DNA of 38,941 nt, from NCBI GenBank assembly GCA_002269645.1, contig NIVC01004659.1, positions 1-38,941 of the forward strand. The letters run 5' to 3'. The notes beneath the pieces are model-generated. The model did not search any database and was not told where the DNA came from. It was given only the letters and a program-made list of their open reading frames with translations. The position numbers and the translations under genes were made by a program. Below are positions 18,549 to 28,868 of the stretch, piece after piece. Within the stretch, counting starts at the first letter, position 1. Every line of letters begins with the position of its first letter. The stretch comes from Macrostomum lignano (taxonomy: Eukaryota).

Positions 18549-19825
18549 ATGGCTTACGGATTCAATCCCAGACTTGATTTATTTAAAACGCCCGTTTTAC
18601 AAACCTGCATTGAAAAAGCTACTTATGTTGATATTCACCCAGTTAATTCCATTACTGCAAACTCCCCCATTGAATTTGACTGCCACCAATCTGCCGATGA
18701 ATACACAGATCTGCTAATTCTTTTCTTTATATTCGCTGCCGCCTTGTGAGACTGGATGGGGGTTTGCTGAGGGAGGATGTTCGAGATGGAGATGGCATCA
18801 TCACCGATCGCAGAGACAGTGACGTGCACCCAGAAAACTTTGTTCTGTCTACAGCCTTCTCAGATGTAATTGTGAGCATTAACCAGCGAGTGGTGTCTGG
18901 TGGAGACCAACTCTATCCCTACCATGCGTACTTCAAAGCACTAATGAGCTCATCTGATGCCCAGCAACTAAAACTTTACCCAGCTGGCTTCCTGGAGCCG
19001 GACTCTGCAGCTGAAGAGCACACGGAGAGCCACAGGGAATCCCGATGGATGGAGTATGCGGGGCCCCTCTTCAGCGATGTTTTCCAGTGCCCAGTGTTTC
19101 TGCTAAGCAATCTGCACTTGCACATCAAACTGGTCCCCAGCGATGGGGCCTTTGCCATCAGAACCCCGAATGCAAACAACGCGGCTTATCGCATGGAAAT
19201 CTCTCACAGCATTCTTCATCTTCGCCGAGTCAAAGTGGTGCCCCACATCAGCCTGGCTCACGAGCAGGGGCTGACAAACCAAAATGCACTGTATCCCATC
19301 GAGCGAACTGAAATGCAGAACTTCATCCTACCCCAGGGCATTCAATCTAAAAACATTGAAGGATTCACTCATGGAAAATTGCCGAAGTTCATCATGCTGG
19401 CCTTCGTGAGCCACCGAGCATTCAACGGTCATCATCACGCGAGTCCGTTCCAGTTCCAGAGCTTCAACCTCAGCCGGTTGGCTCTAAAGAAAGGTGGAGA
19501 GACCGTGTGCCACGGCGCCTTCACACCTGAAAACAATTCCTTTGTAAGAGAATACTTGCACTACATGAAAAGCTGTCAATCTGCAAGCAATTCGGTCCCG
19601 TGGATCCCCTACCAGCTCTTCTCCAACAACAACACGGTGTTTGCATTCGATCTCACACCAGAGGGAGCGGCTCTGTGGTACGGACAGAAGGAGGGCAACC
19701 TGCGGCTGGAGATTCGCTTCCGACAGGCTCTGGACGAAACGGTGTCCCTGATCGCTCTGTGCCTGTATGACTCGTTGATTGAGGTCACCAAGCACCGGGA
19801 GCTTTTGCTGGACTATTCCTCTTAA
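18549..19825 (+). CDS. Major capsid protein (double jelly-roll, PY-type), split by a 1-bp loss at about 18713
   Basis: LDLFKTPVLQTCIE...PIEF...YTDL; restoring CTG-GCT-AAT gives DLANSFLYIRCRLVRLDG. Later motifs: FSDV.VSINQ, LP.FIMLAFV..AFNG, FQFQSF, FAFDLTP, GNLRLEIRF. Confidence 0.9.
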
Positions 19826-19830
19826 TTGGC

Positions 19831-20346
19831 ATGGACGCAATTCAACTACTTAATCTCGCCAGAAAATTTTTGTCTTGCCGAAAATTTCTCATCATTACTT
19901 TACATTCACGCTATAAAAATGTTTTGCCTTTGAGTCTAAAAAGAAAATATCGATCAATTTCCTTTGAAAATAAGTTTGTTTTTGTTCTACTACAGCACAA
20001 TGGTTCATTTGGTCATTGGGTGGTGTGCTATGTTGGACAAGGAAATTGCATTGAGCTGTTCAACTCCCTCGGCTGGGAACCTGAAATTTTATCTGTGGTT
20101 TATAATTTGTTTCGAGAGATTAAAACAACTGGCTTTTGGCTCCGAAGCAATATAAACAGATTTCAATGTGCTAACTCTAATAAATGCGGAATGTTTTGCA
20201 TCTATTTTGCTTATCAAAAGTTTCTGTTCAATCGGTCATTTGAGGGGATTTTGAAGCATTTGCATGCTAATGAAAAAAATCATTTGAATGATAGAATCTT
20301 ACAGAGGTTTGAAGCCAACTTAAGAAAAGATGTGCGTGATTTCTAA
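19831..20346 (+). CDS. Adenain-like cysteine maturation protease
   Basis: GHWVVC...ELFNSLG...FQ...SNKCGMFCIYF (His, Asn in place of the usual Asp, Gln, Cys). Confidence 0.85.
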   Translation: MDAIQLLNLARKFLSCRKFLIITLHSRYKNVLPLSLKRKYRSISFENKFVFVLLQHNGSFGHWVVCYVGQGNCIELFNSLGWEPEILSVVYNLFREIKTTGFWLRSNINRFQCANSNKCGMFCIYFAYQKFLFNRSFEGILKHLHANEKNHLNDRILQRFEANLRKDVRDF

Positions 20347-20362
20347 TATTTATGCATTAGAC

Positions 20363-21009
20363 ATGGCAGAAAAGCGAGTTTGCCACGATATCCGCCTCAG
20401 GCAGGGAAGCTGCATGATTGTCTGCGGGCCCACCAATGCAGGAAAAACAACCTTCATCAAACACCTGATCCAGTACAGAGACGTCATGTTTGATGTGAAG
20501 CCTGGCAGAGTTCTGTGGTACTATGGGATCTCACAGGCAGGCCATGCAGAACTGAGCAGCCTAGGTGTGCAGCTGCGCCAGGGTTTCCCACCAACATCGA
20601 GGCAGCACTTAGGCCCAATGACCTGGTTGTTTTCGATGACTTAATAGAGGAAACTTCAAACTCTGCTTCAATGCGAAATTTTTTCACAGGAATCGCACAT
20701 CACTTGCCGTGCTTCTTGGTGATGCTGACTCAGAATATATTTTTTAAGGGAAAAGAGTCGCGAACAATGAGCTTGAATGTAATGTACTTAGCTATCTTGA
20801 AAAACCCCAGAGACCAGCTGCAGATTACAGCACTGGGCAGGCAGTGCTTTACAGAGAAGCCCGGCTTTCTGCTGTCAGTGTTCAAGCACGTGACCGCGCA
20901 GAACAGGGGAGCCTACCTGTTCCTAGACTTTCACCCATCAACTCCCGATGAGCTGCGAGTGCGGGCCAGAATTCTGCCCAACCAGCGACCCCATCTTGTA
21001 TTTGCTTAA
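20363..21009 (+). CDS. Genome-packaging ATPase (A32/FtsK-like), split by a 1-bp loss at about 20588
   Basis: Walker A GPTNAGKT; Walker B LVVFDD; F...HH, LTQNIF, RTMSLN, KNPRD and YLFLDF motifs. Restoring TTC-CCC-ACC joins the frames. Confidence 0.93.
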
Positions 21010-21051
21010 GAAAGTGAAGCTTGTTTTTTATCGGCTATTGTTTTCATCGCT

Positions 21052-21389
21052 ATGGAAGTGCTTGATTCACATGCAAGTCTTTTTGCGGTTCTTGCGTCAC
21101 CTAAATATAACGTGCGCTTCAAGCGGCTGTTGATAAAAAATTGTCCAAAAGAAGTGCGTTATTTCTTGTCGAGGCCTGCCATAATCTCTTACAAAACAAT
21201 TTATTGTTTTCGATCGATGAAAAAGCTGTTCTTGCAAAGTCAAAAGAGATAATTCGAAAGATTACTCACAAAAGAAGAAAGACAGACTTGTTGAAGGCTG
21301 GCTTCATTAAAATACTCCCGATTCTGCTTAAGCTGGTAAAGAAGAAGAAGCAAAATGAACAAATTTTCAGAAATGGTTCTGATTCCTAA
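21052..21389 (+). CDS. Small conserved Polinton protein of unknown function, split by a 1-bp loss at about 21168
   Basis: Restoring CGT-TTA gives ...KRLLIKNCPKEVRLFLVEACHNLLQNNL...KEIIRKI..., resembling the small helical ORF that often follows the ATPase. Confidence 0.6.
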
Positions 21390-22047
21390 AGCAGAGTATG
21401 AGATGTTGATGCAGAATTTGAAGCCAAATGAGAATAGCACTGACGCTAACTTGAAGCAGGCTCAGAAGAAATGCGATGATATCTTGTATGCCGAAGATTG
21501 TCCAGAAGATGTGAAAACCACCATGTATCAAAGTGCAATGCAAAGTTTGCTGGCCAGACGCAAGCACGCTGGAAAAGAAGGAGCACGCAATACTGAAGCC
21601 AAGTTGATGAAAACAGAGACACCACAGATGAACACCTGGGATGAGAAGATCAGCAAGTCGGTGCCACAGAAATTCAAAACCAGGGCTCGCAGTCTATGGA
21701 CGATCCTGTCCACCAATCCAGAGCTGATTCGAGTTTGTGAAAACGGGGAGGTGGAAATCACAGGCACGTCAATCCCTTCCTCAAACATACTGGACTTGAT
21801 TCAGCACGCAGTGAGGGATTCGCCATGTGAGCGTGAACCAGTTGGGTGGAACGAGTTCATTGATTTGCTGCAGCAGAAAAAGCTTAATGTTCCGCTTTCC
21901 GCTGTTGGTAAATCAGTTAAAAAGAAAATGGCAAACAGCAGAGGGAGTGAACTGGAGAAAGAACAGGAGAGTCTAGTCAAGGGGTACGGGAGCAACACAG
22001 CCTGGCTGAAACTGCCTGCCAGAAAAGTATATAAGAAGGTGGACTGA
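21355..22047 (+). CDS. Conserved Polinton uncharacterised protein (230 aa)
   Basis: MVLIP start; GEVEITG..IPSSNILDLI...P.GW..F..LL...NVP core; GxG...W near the C-terminus. I cannot say which PW/PZ/PM label applies. Confidence 0.7.
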   Translation: MNKFSEMVLIPKAEYEMLMQNLKPNENSTDANLKQAQKKCDDILYAEDCPEDVKTTMYQSAMQSLLARRKHAGKEGARNTEAKLMKTETPQMNTWDEKISKSVPQKFKTRARSLWTILSTNPELIRVCENGEVEITGTSIPSSNILDLIQHAVRDSPCEREPVGWNEFIDLLQQKKLNVPLSAVGKSVKKKMANSRGSELEKEQESLVKGYGSNTAWLKLPARKVYKKVD

Positions 22048-22075
22048 CTCCGAAATTTCGAGGGAAAGCTGCATC

Positions 22076-22927
22076 ATGAACTACATTGACTTCCAAGGAT
22101 TCCCGTGCAACAGCACAAGCAAAAGATTTGTTGTGAAAGAGTTGGCAGTTGTTCAAGTCAGAGCGGGAAGCTACCGAATTGCTCACCATGTGTACGCACC
22201 TCCGTATCCATGGGAGAGAGTCTCCACTGACATGCGAGCTTGCTACAGACAGCTATCAAAGAGTCTGCACCAGTTTAAGTGGAGTGATGGAACCCGTCCG
22301 TACATGGAACTGGCGGAAGACATTCTGAGGATTGCCAGTGGTCCGATATGGACAAATGGGGAAAGGAAGTCTATTTTCCTGACTGAGCTGCTTGGTAGAC
22401 AGGTTTATAACCTAGAAGATTTGGGAGCACCCTCGATTAAAGATTCAGATACTGGCTGTGCAGTGAGAAATTCATTGCTGCACTACAGTTGGCTTAAGCC
22501 AAAGTTCTGCATCAACTTAAGAAGCGAGCAGTGTCCGTGGCACAGGGGCAGTGAAGTTGGCAGAAGATTTGGTGAAGAAGTCAAGGATCAAAATGAGTCC
22601 ACCTGCAGCTACAGCCCTAAGAGTGAGCAATCTGGTTGGCGGAGTGGATCTGAGACTGGATGGTGGCAGGGGCGCCCAGCTGCCTCTACGGGAACTGGCT
22701 CTCAGCATGGCTCATGTGATCTACCGGCCCGTCTGGCCCCGGGTGCTCATCAAGCGGATGCGAAGTCCCAGAGTGACTCTGCTACTCTACCCTACTGGGC
22801 AACTGAGCATCTGTGGCGCCAAGACCCACGCAGACGCCAAAAGGGCTGCCCGTCGCTTCATGGCTATGCTGCATCGGAGAGTGCCGGATCAACTGCTGCC
22901 TCATCAAACTATTTGTGTTCGAATTAA
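22076..22927 (+). CDS. DEDD/DnaQ-like exonuclease-fold accessory protein (domain ends at about 22500; C-terminal extension doubtful)
   Basis: IDFQGF...FVVKELA...PPYPW...W..G...Y...IW..G..K..FL...NLEDL...CA..N...WL pattern seen in Maverick accessory ORFs. ExoI reads DxQ rather than DxE. Confidence 0.55.
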   Translation: MNYIDFQGFPCNSTSKRFVVKELAVVQVRAGSYRIAHHVYAPPYPWERVSTDMRACYRQLSKSLHQFKWSDGTRPYMELAEDILRIASGPIWTNGERKSIFLTELLGRQVYNLEDLGAPSIKDSDTGCAVRNSLLHYSWLKPKFCINLRSEQCPWHRGSEVGRRFGEEVKDQNESTCSYSPKSEQSGWRSGSETGWWQGRPAASTGTGSQHGSCDLPARLAPGAHQADAKSQSDSATLPYWATEHLWRQDPRRRQKGCPSLHGYAASESAGSTAASSNYLCSN

Positions 22928-23177
22928 AACTATTACTGCTCATGGACGTTTTAAGCTCCAAAATGCGCTACCGCTTACTGAACTTGTTAAAGTTTTGCCC
23001 AAAGCCCAGTATGAACCAGAAACATTTTCAGCTTTAGTTTGTCAACTTAAGTATTGTAAATGCTTGCTTTTTCATAATGCTTCTTATATTCTAAGTGGGG
23101 CAAAATCTCTGCGTATGCTAAAATCCGACAGTTCTTCCCTGTTTCGCTCTGTTAACACACTTATGCAACTAAAATAA
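22593..23177 (+). CDS. Divergent TATA-binding protein (TBP)-like protein, 194 aa, two-repeat architecture
   Basis: Repeat 1: VSNLVGGVDL...LRELAL...YRP...IKRMRSPRVTLLLYPTGQLSICGAKT...AARRF. Repeat 2: LPLTEL...YEPETFSALV...LLFHNASYILSGAK. These align with TBP QNIVSTVNL...YNPKRF...[25 protein letters not shown]...AARKY and YEPELFPGL...LIFVSGKVVLTGAK. AAAATG start; AATAAA at the stop. Confidence 0.85.
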   Translation: MSPPAATALRVSNLVGGVDLRLDGGRGAQLPLRELALSMAHVIYRPVWPRVLIKRMRSPRVTLLLYPTGQLSICGAKTHADAKRAARRFMAMLHRRVPDQLLPHQTICVRIKTITAHGRFKLQNALPLTELVKVLPKAQYEPETFSALVCQLKYCKCLLFHNASYILSGAKSLRMLKSDSSSLFRSVNTLMQLK

Positions 23178-23532
23178 AGCACAATAATTACCCGTCTTTA
23201 ATCTTCCGACAAGAACTAGCAGAAAAAAACTTTAATTTAACTTTAATATGCCTTGTTTACTAGTTTTATTTTTTGGCTACAAAAGATGCTAAAAAAATTG
23301 TCAGCAAACTGCAACACAGCGAAAATTGATACTAATATTAAAAGAACATAGGAAAAGAAAGAAAATGAAAATGCTAACACTCATAAAAGTTAAGCAAGTT
23401 TTGAAAAAGCAATGGCACGTTAAAGAAAAGTACTATAGCATTTATGCAGACAAAATGTACATTGCGTTCCAAAAACCAAAATGCAAAGCTGAGCAAATGC
23501 TCAATTCAAAGTACGCACTAGTCAAATGTATG

Positions 23533-26182
23533 TTATTGCATCCTCATTTGCTTGGGAGCCTGATCAGCAGCTAGTTGAGGTGCTTCTTGATTGTAACGGC
23601 GGCAGCTGTGGCGGCAGGGGTCTCTTAAAGCAAAGTGCCCATACGGAAGACTTTGGTTTGGGGAAGTCCACGCACGCTTGTCCTCCCATACAGTCAGGCA
23701 CGCTTCTGTTGCTCTAAAGTGACTACTCTGTGTCGTCGGCTAGCGATTCTGCGTGTCAAGACGCGAAGCTCCTTCAAACTGGCAAACGCCTGCATGTAGT
23801 CATCGTGTGTGATTTCTGCCCGCAGCACACTCTTCTGAACACCTTTGGCTGCCTTCTTCCCTCCAGACTCGGCCTTCATCGAGTATAGTTTTGGTCTCAA
23901 AAGGATCCATTCACGATGGGGGTTGCCTGCAGATTCGTCCTTTATGCAGCCTAACTTGGCTTTTAGATCATCGGATCGGAATTGATGGTCGGCCGGGAAG
24001 TTTGAGGTATCTAGCAATCGCTGGCGAATGAGTTCTGGTAGAACAGCACTCTGAACATCGATGTTTTTAAAGCACAGAAAGAAGGAATCGGTGTCCCCAC
24101 CGCATAGGGAAACTCCTTGTTGGAGAGCAGGATTCTCAAATGTTGGCTTTAGCTTTCCATAGTACAATCGGTACATCGCCAGCTTAGAGTCATCTAAAAC
24201 ACATTGACCAACGTAGATTGGGCGGTCAAGAGTGACTGATGTCTTGAAAAATTGAAAAACTACTAAGTCTTGAGTCACAATCGTAAAGTCCTTAAGATTC
24301 GGACGCGATGAATAGATTTCGGACTGCTCCTCGTTGTTAGAAATTCGAACACTGAGCCTCTTCCGTACGTTTTCCATCGTTTTGCCGAACAGGGAGTTAT
24401 TCTTCAGTTTGTAATAGTCTTTTTCGAATTCCGTTGTAGCCACTGAGCGCTTTTTGCTGTTTCTGTCAATGTAGGCTTGGAAAATTGCAGCTTGACAAAA
24501 TCGAATAGCTCTTCGGATCTTTTTTAGTCGCATACCGTGACGCAAGTAGAACTTCAAAATTCGGAAATGTACGACGTAGGATTCCTTGTCATGACATGTG
24601 AGTAAAAGTTTCACACAGCCTTTGTACGGCTCGTTGCGAGTGTTCAATTCGCCCCAAAGACGTTTCATGAATGGCGGAAACTCTTCGAGCTTAGGCGCGG
24701 CCTTCTCGGGGGCAAATGGCAAATCTTGTGTCTGCGTGTGGATTACATCTGGATATTCCAAATCAACCTCAAATAGGTAGCCAACTGGACCATCGTCATC
24801 CAATTTAAGTAGCTTCTCTTCTGTCCATTCACACAGTTCTTCTTCACTAAGCCACTCAAAGTCACTGACGGGTAGTTTTTCGGACAGCGCTTGCCCGTAG
24901 AGATTATTCATGTCTACGGGGAGCAAAGAATTTGTCTCGGCATTAGAAGCTGCGCTTGATGAATCTGCACCATCTGACGACTGGTGACTGGTGACTGGTC
25001 CGGCAGTAACATGATGAACGTTCGTGAAGGTCATTCCTCCACGAATGCCAAGCTCAAAGAGTCTGTACTTCTCAGCATCGTCGAGCAACTGGAGCGGTGT
25101 TGGCGCGGATTTCAGCGCGGAATCAAATGATAGACCTGGTGTAGTAAAGTAGTGGGCTGGGTCAAGACCGTCATCATGGAGACTCAAACGGCGAAAGTTC
25201 TGAAAACATCGGCAAGTTGACGGATGTCAAGCTGCAGGTAGGCAAGCATGTAGTCGTGCAAATTTTTTGCTTCGATCTGCTCCCAGGCTTTGCGCGCATG
25301 AGCACAGCTCTCCTCACTGCAAGCTGTCTTTGTCAGAGAGTTGAAAAACTCTTCTCTGCTCGGAAGTTCGGTCACTGCCAAATTCGCGGGGGATTTGACG
25401 AAATCATAGGGAAAGACTCCCTTGATAGACAATGTTTCATTAGTTAACTTTGGAAAGCAGCTTTTCATTTGCTGAGTGAATTTTCTGTCCTGGAGAGGTA
25501 AGTTGCGAATCAGTTTGTCTAGACCCGCGTTTAAAAACTGGAATGAATCGAGGAACTGCAGAGTGAAGAAAATTGTTTTCTTTTTGCCTTTCGGTAGAGT
25601 GATTTCGGCGATTGGGAAATCTATTCGAAGAGACATATAGCGTTCAGAAGTCTGAGGAATGACACTCAGCTTCCAGTTTTTCATATTTCCTAACGCTGTT
25701 GAAAACAGGAGGTGCATGTCATAATTTCGGAGATTATGGAAGAAAATCGGCAGAAATCTTCGGCGAAGTTGCGCTAATTTGTTACACCGTGAACATGCGG
25801 CGCCTTTGAATTTTCCAGTCAGATGATCATGGTCATAGTGCTTGTCATTAGTGTCAGTAAACTGTCGATCACAGTAATGACAGTTGGAGGATTCACTGAA
25901 GATTTGACTAGCAGTAGTGTCTGCTTCAGCCGTTTGGTAGCTGTGCCTTCTGTTCCAGTCATAGACTTCTCGAGCCACGCGTTCCAGCTCATGAAGAAAC
26001 GTTTCCATACACTCCAATGGATTTGAACTGGAGACCAACTTCACATGACCTTGATCCTTGAGTGGTGGTCCCTTCATGCCTTCACGAGCAACGAGTAGAA
26101 ATCCACCCGCTGCAGGCAGATGCTCGGAAATAAAGACGGTTTTGCCAGTTACCATGCCCTCATCTGGTCTTGCTTGTACATG

Positions 26183-26217
<35 letters not shown>

Positions 26218-28181
26218 GTGTGCTGCAGACTTGCTCATTGTCGCTGACCTCCATTTCCTCAACCTTCTGATGCATGACCTCTCGAGTGTGGGGGCCTAGC
26301 GGAGAATTAAATGCTTCAATATCAGCATAGATAGCGAACGGTGCTTCAATAGTTTTGAAGTAGTTTTGAAAAGACAGCACGCTGCGCTTCTCAGTAGGAA
26401 CTCGTTCCTTGACAGCAAACTCATTAGAGCGATAGCACTGCTCTCTGTGCTCACTTAGCTTCTGATCAGTTACGAAAGAGCTCAAGCAGCGTTCACACCA
26501 TTTTCTGTGGTAAAGACCGCTTTTACTGTTTAGTAGCCTATCAAGGCTCACAATTCCGCACCAGTGTTTATCCTCTTCATCCTTGTTAGCTGATTTGTTC
26601 AATAGTAGGAGAAGAACTACTTTGCGACTGCATGCGACTTCAACTCGTGGCTGCCTCAGCACACTGACACCGTTACTGCTTGACCAAGAAAAAACTACAA
26701 AACATAACCTCGGGTTCAGTAATTCGATTCGATTTAGCTGGTTGAGTCCAACGGGTAAGGAAATTCCTGAAAGATTGATATCGTTCAACCAGTCCTTGTA
26801 AGTAGAAAGCCTTTGAGGGTTTTTCCTCAAATTCTCATCACCGTGATGCAGCACTGCAAGGCAGGCATACAAAAAACAATCAGAGCCAGTACTAGGAGGA
26901 TTGATGACGGCTTTTTTGCCTTCAGCAGAGGAGGTAATTCAAAATTGCTTGCGTGACCAGAGTAGAAGCGCAGTCTTTGACCAACCGCAATATTCAAGTC
27001 GATGCAGTTGACGCGCACAATCACCCAACCACTGCCATTTGTGTTCATCTTCTCAATGATGCCTTCGCAACCATCAATCTGCTGCTTCCACCAATCATCA
27101 AAGCAAGCGGCGTCATTGACAGGTTGCAAACGAGTGCTTACCCATCTTTCTTCCTGGTTCACCACTTCACCAGCTTGGATTCTGTTCATTCGGATGCTCA
27201 TTTTTAGCTGCGCTCTAACTAAAAGATTTGGATTCACCATCTTCTCGAATACAATTCGCTGTATTGCTTCCCTGCTCCGTCGGGCGAGTTCAAATGGGTC
27301 ACATGGTGCATCGCTTGGCACGGAAATTCGATACACCACCAGAGTTTCGTTGTGCGCACTTGCTACTTGCTGAATGTCTAAAATGAAAAATTAACAGCTT
27401 TGCTTATTTTCTGTTACTCAAAAGATGGTATTCCATGATAATGAAATTTAGACTCAATAAGCACACTTAAATCGAATTTCTCGATTTTTAAATACAAAAC
27501 TTCGAATGCACCCAGGAATTAAATAACTTAAGGCTGAAATTAAAAATGTTGTTGACTCACGATAAGGATGAATATTGCTGGCACCGTTGTTTTCGATCAA
27601 GCTGAGTTCACTTCCTGCACTGCCGCCGCCGGTGTCGCTTCCTGCACTGCCGCCGCCGGTGTCGCTTCCTGCACTGCCGCCGCCGGTGTCGCTTCCTGCA
27701 CTGCCGCCGCCGGTGTCGCTTCCTGCACTACCACCGCCGGTGTCGCTTCCTGCACTGCCGCCGCCGGTGTCGCTTCCTGCACTGCCGCCGCCGGTGTCGC
27801 TTCCTGCACTGCCGCCGCCGGTATCGCTTCCTGCACTGCCGCCGCCGGTGTCGCTTCCTGCACTACCACCGCCGGTGTCGCTTCCTGCACTGCCGCCACC
27901 GGTATCGCTTCCTGCACTGCCGCCGCCGGTGTCGCTTCCTGCACTGCCGCCACCGGTATCGCTTCCTGCACTACCACCGCCGGTGTCGATCAGACTGGAA
28001 CCGCTACTAGCACAATCTTGCTTAGTGTTGTTGGTGTCGGTTTCAGAGAGCCCATCGAAATCACTCTCCGAGTAGTCTGCCCCGGAACTTGATTCAGACC
28101 AATTATCTTCGCTCTCTGATTCTGACCAGCAGTCACAATCGGACTCTGAAAACTCGCTTGAGTCCTGCTCTGCCACTTTGC
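23533..28181 (-). CDS. polB: Protein-primed family B DNA polymerase with N-terminal terminal-protein-like region, Zn-finger-like motif and endonuclease-VII-like insertion; predicted exons 28181-27561 and 27377-23533; three 1-bp losses (about 26912, 25205, 23697)
   Basis: ExoI YADIE, ExoII FFHNLRNYD, ExoIII YLQLD; Pol motifs DMNNLYG, KLKNNSLFGK, GDTDS. CHYC...DHDHLTGKFKGAACSRCN is EndoVII-like. The restored C-terminus is LTVWEDKRAW...LPYGH...MQ* (stop 23533-23535). The start codon lies on an unidentified upstream exon. Confidence 0.92.
27611..27988 (-). repeat. Coding 27-bp tandem repeat x14, encoding (GGGSAGSDT)n
   Basis: 378 bp = 14 units; in frame within the 28181-27561 exon. Confidence 0.93.
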
Positions 28182-28514
28182 CTGTTATTTGGTTCCCTTA
28201 GCTGTAATTAGTTGAGTGGTCAAATACATCTCTAATACAAAGTATGGATACAAATTAAACTTTCAAACTATTTTATTCATGCGAGAAACTAATTGAAATT
28301 AGTTTTACTAATTTTACTAAACTAATTGAAATTGATTAAATAGAAACGAAATTCCAACTTATCCAGTCATAATGAAGTAAAAAATCGAATGCTAGCAGTA
28401 TATTTTTACTTCAATTTTTCTGCATCAAAGTATTTAGACTTACAATTACAATGCTATCAGGGTAAGCTTTTGATTGTCAAAATGAATTTCATAGCCCCTG
28501 CCAGTTACCGCAGG

Positions 28515-28590
28515 CAAAAAAGGTTGAAAACTGGGGCTACGACCGGTGCTGCCAAAAAAGGTTGAAAACTGGGGCTACGACCGGTGCTGC
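28515..28590. repeat. 38-bp direct repeat x2
   Basis: CAAAAAAGGTTGAAAACTGGGGCTACGACCGGTGCTGC at 28515 and 28553. Confidence 0.9.
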
Positions 28591-28868
28591 TTGAGGCAGT
28601 TCTAGATTTTCAAAAACTTGTATTCATATTTGAGTCAACAATTACATGATTGGCTTATTTAATTGTAGATTGATACTACTAAAAGCTATGATGCTCGAAA
28701 TATTCTATCTAGCTTTGCTAATCGCTATTGATTTAAACAAAAAACACTTCTTGGCTTATTGTAAATAAAAAAGCTAAAGTACAAATTAAAGTAAAAAAAT
28801 GTAAGTTAAACTGAATTTTTAAGATACACAATAGCCAAGAATGACCAAGTGACCAAGAATTCGCTTGC

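Noticed and set aside
23326-23574. Lys-rich plus-strand ORF in the convergence zone
   Set aside because: TTG start, AT-rich low-complexity spacer, and it overlaps the restored polB 3' end in antisense.
27568-28092. Plus-strand ORFs (CTAAAGVAS)n and (LPALPPPVS)n, and minus-strand (VQEATPAAA)n
   Set aside because: The stop-free 27-bp repeat is open in several frames. Only the GGGSAGSDT frame extends into non-repeat sequence and has phase-compatible splice sites.
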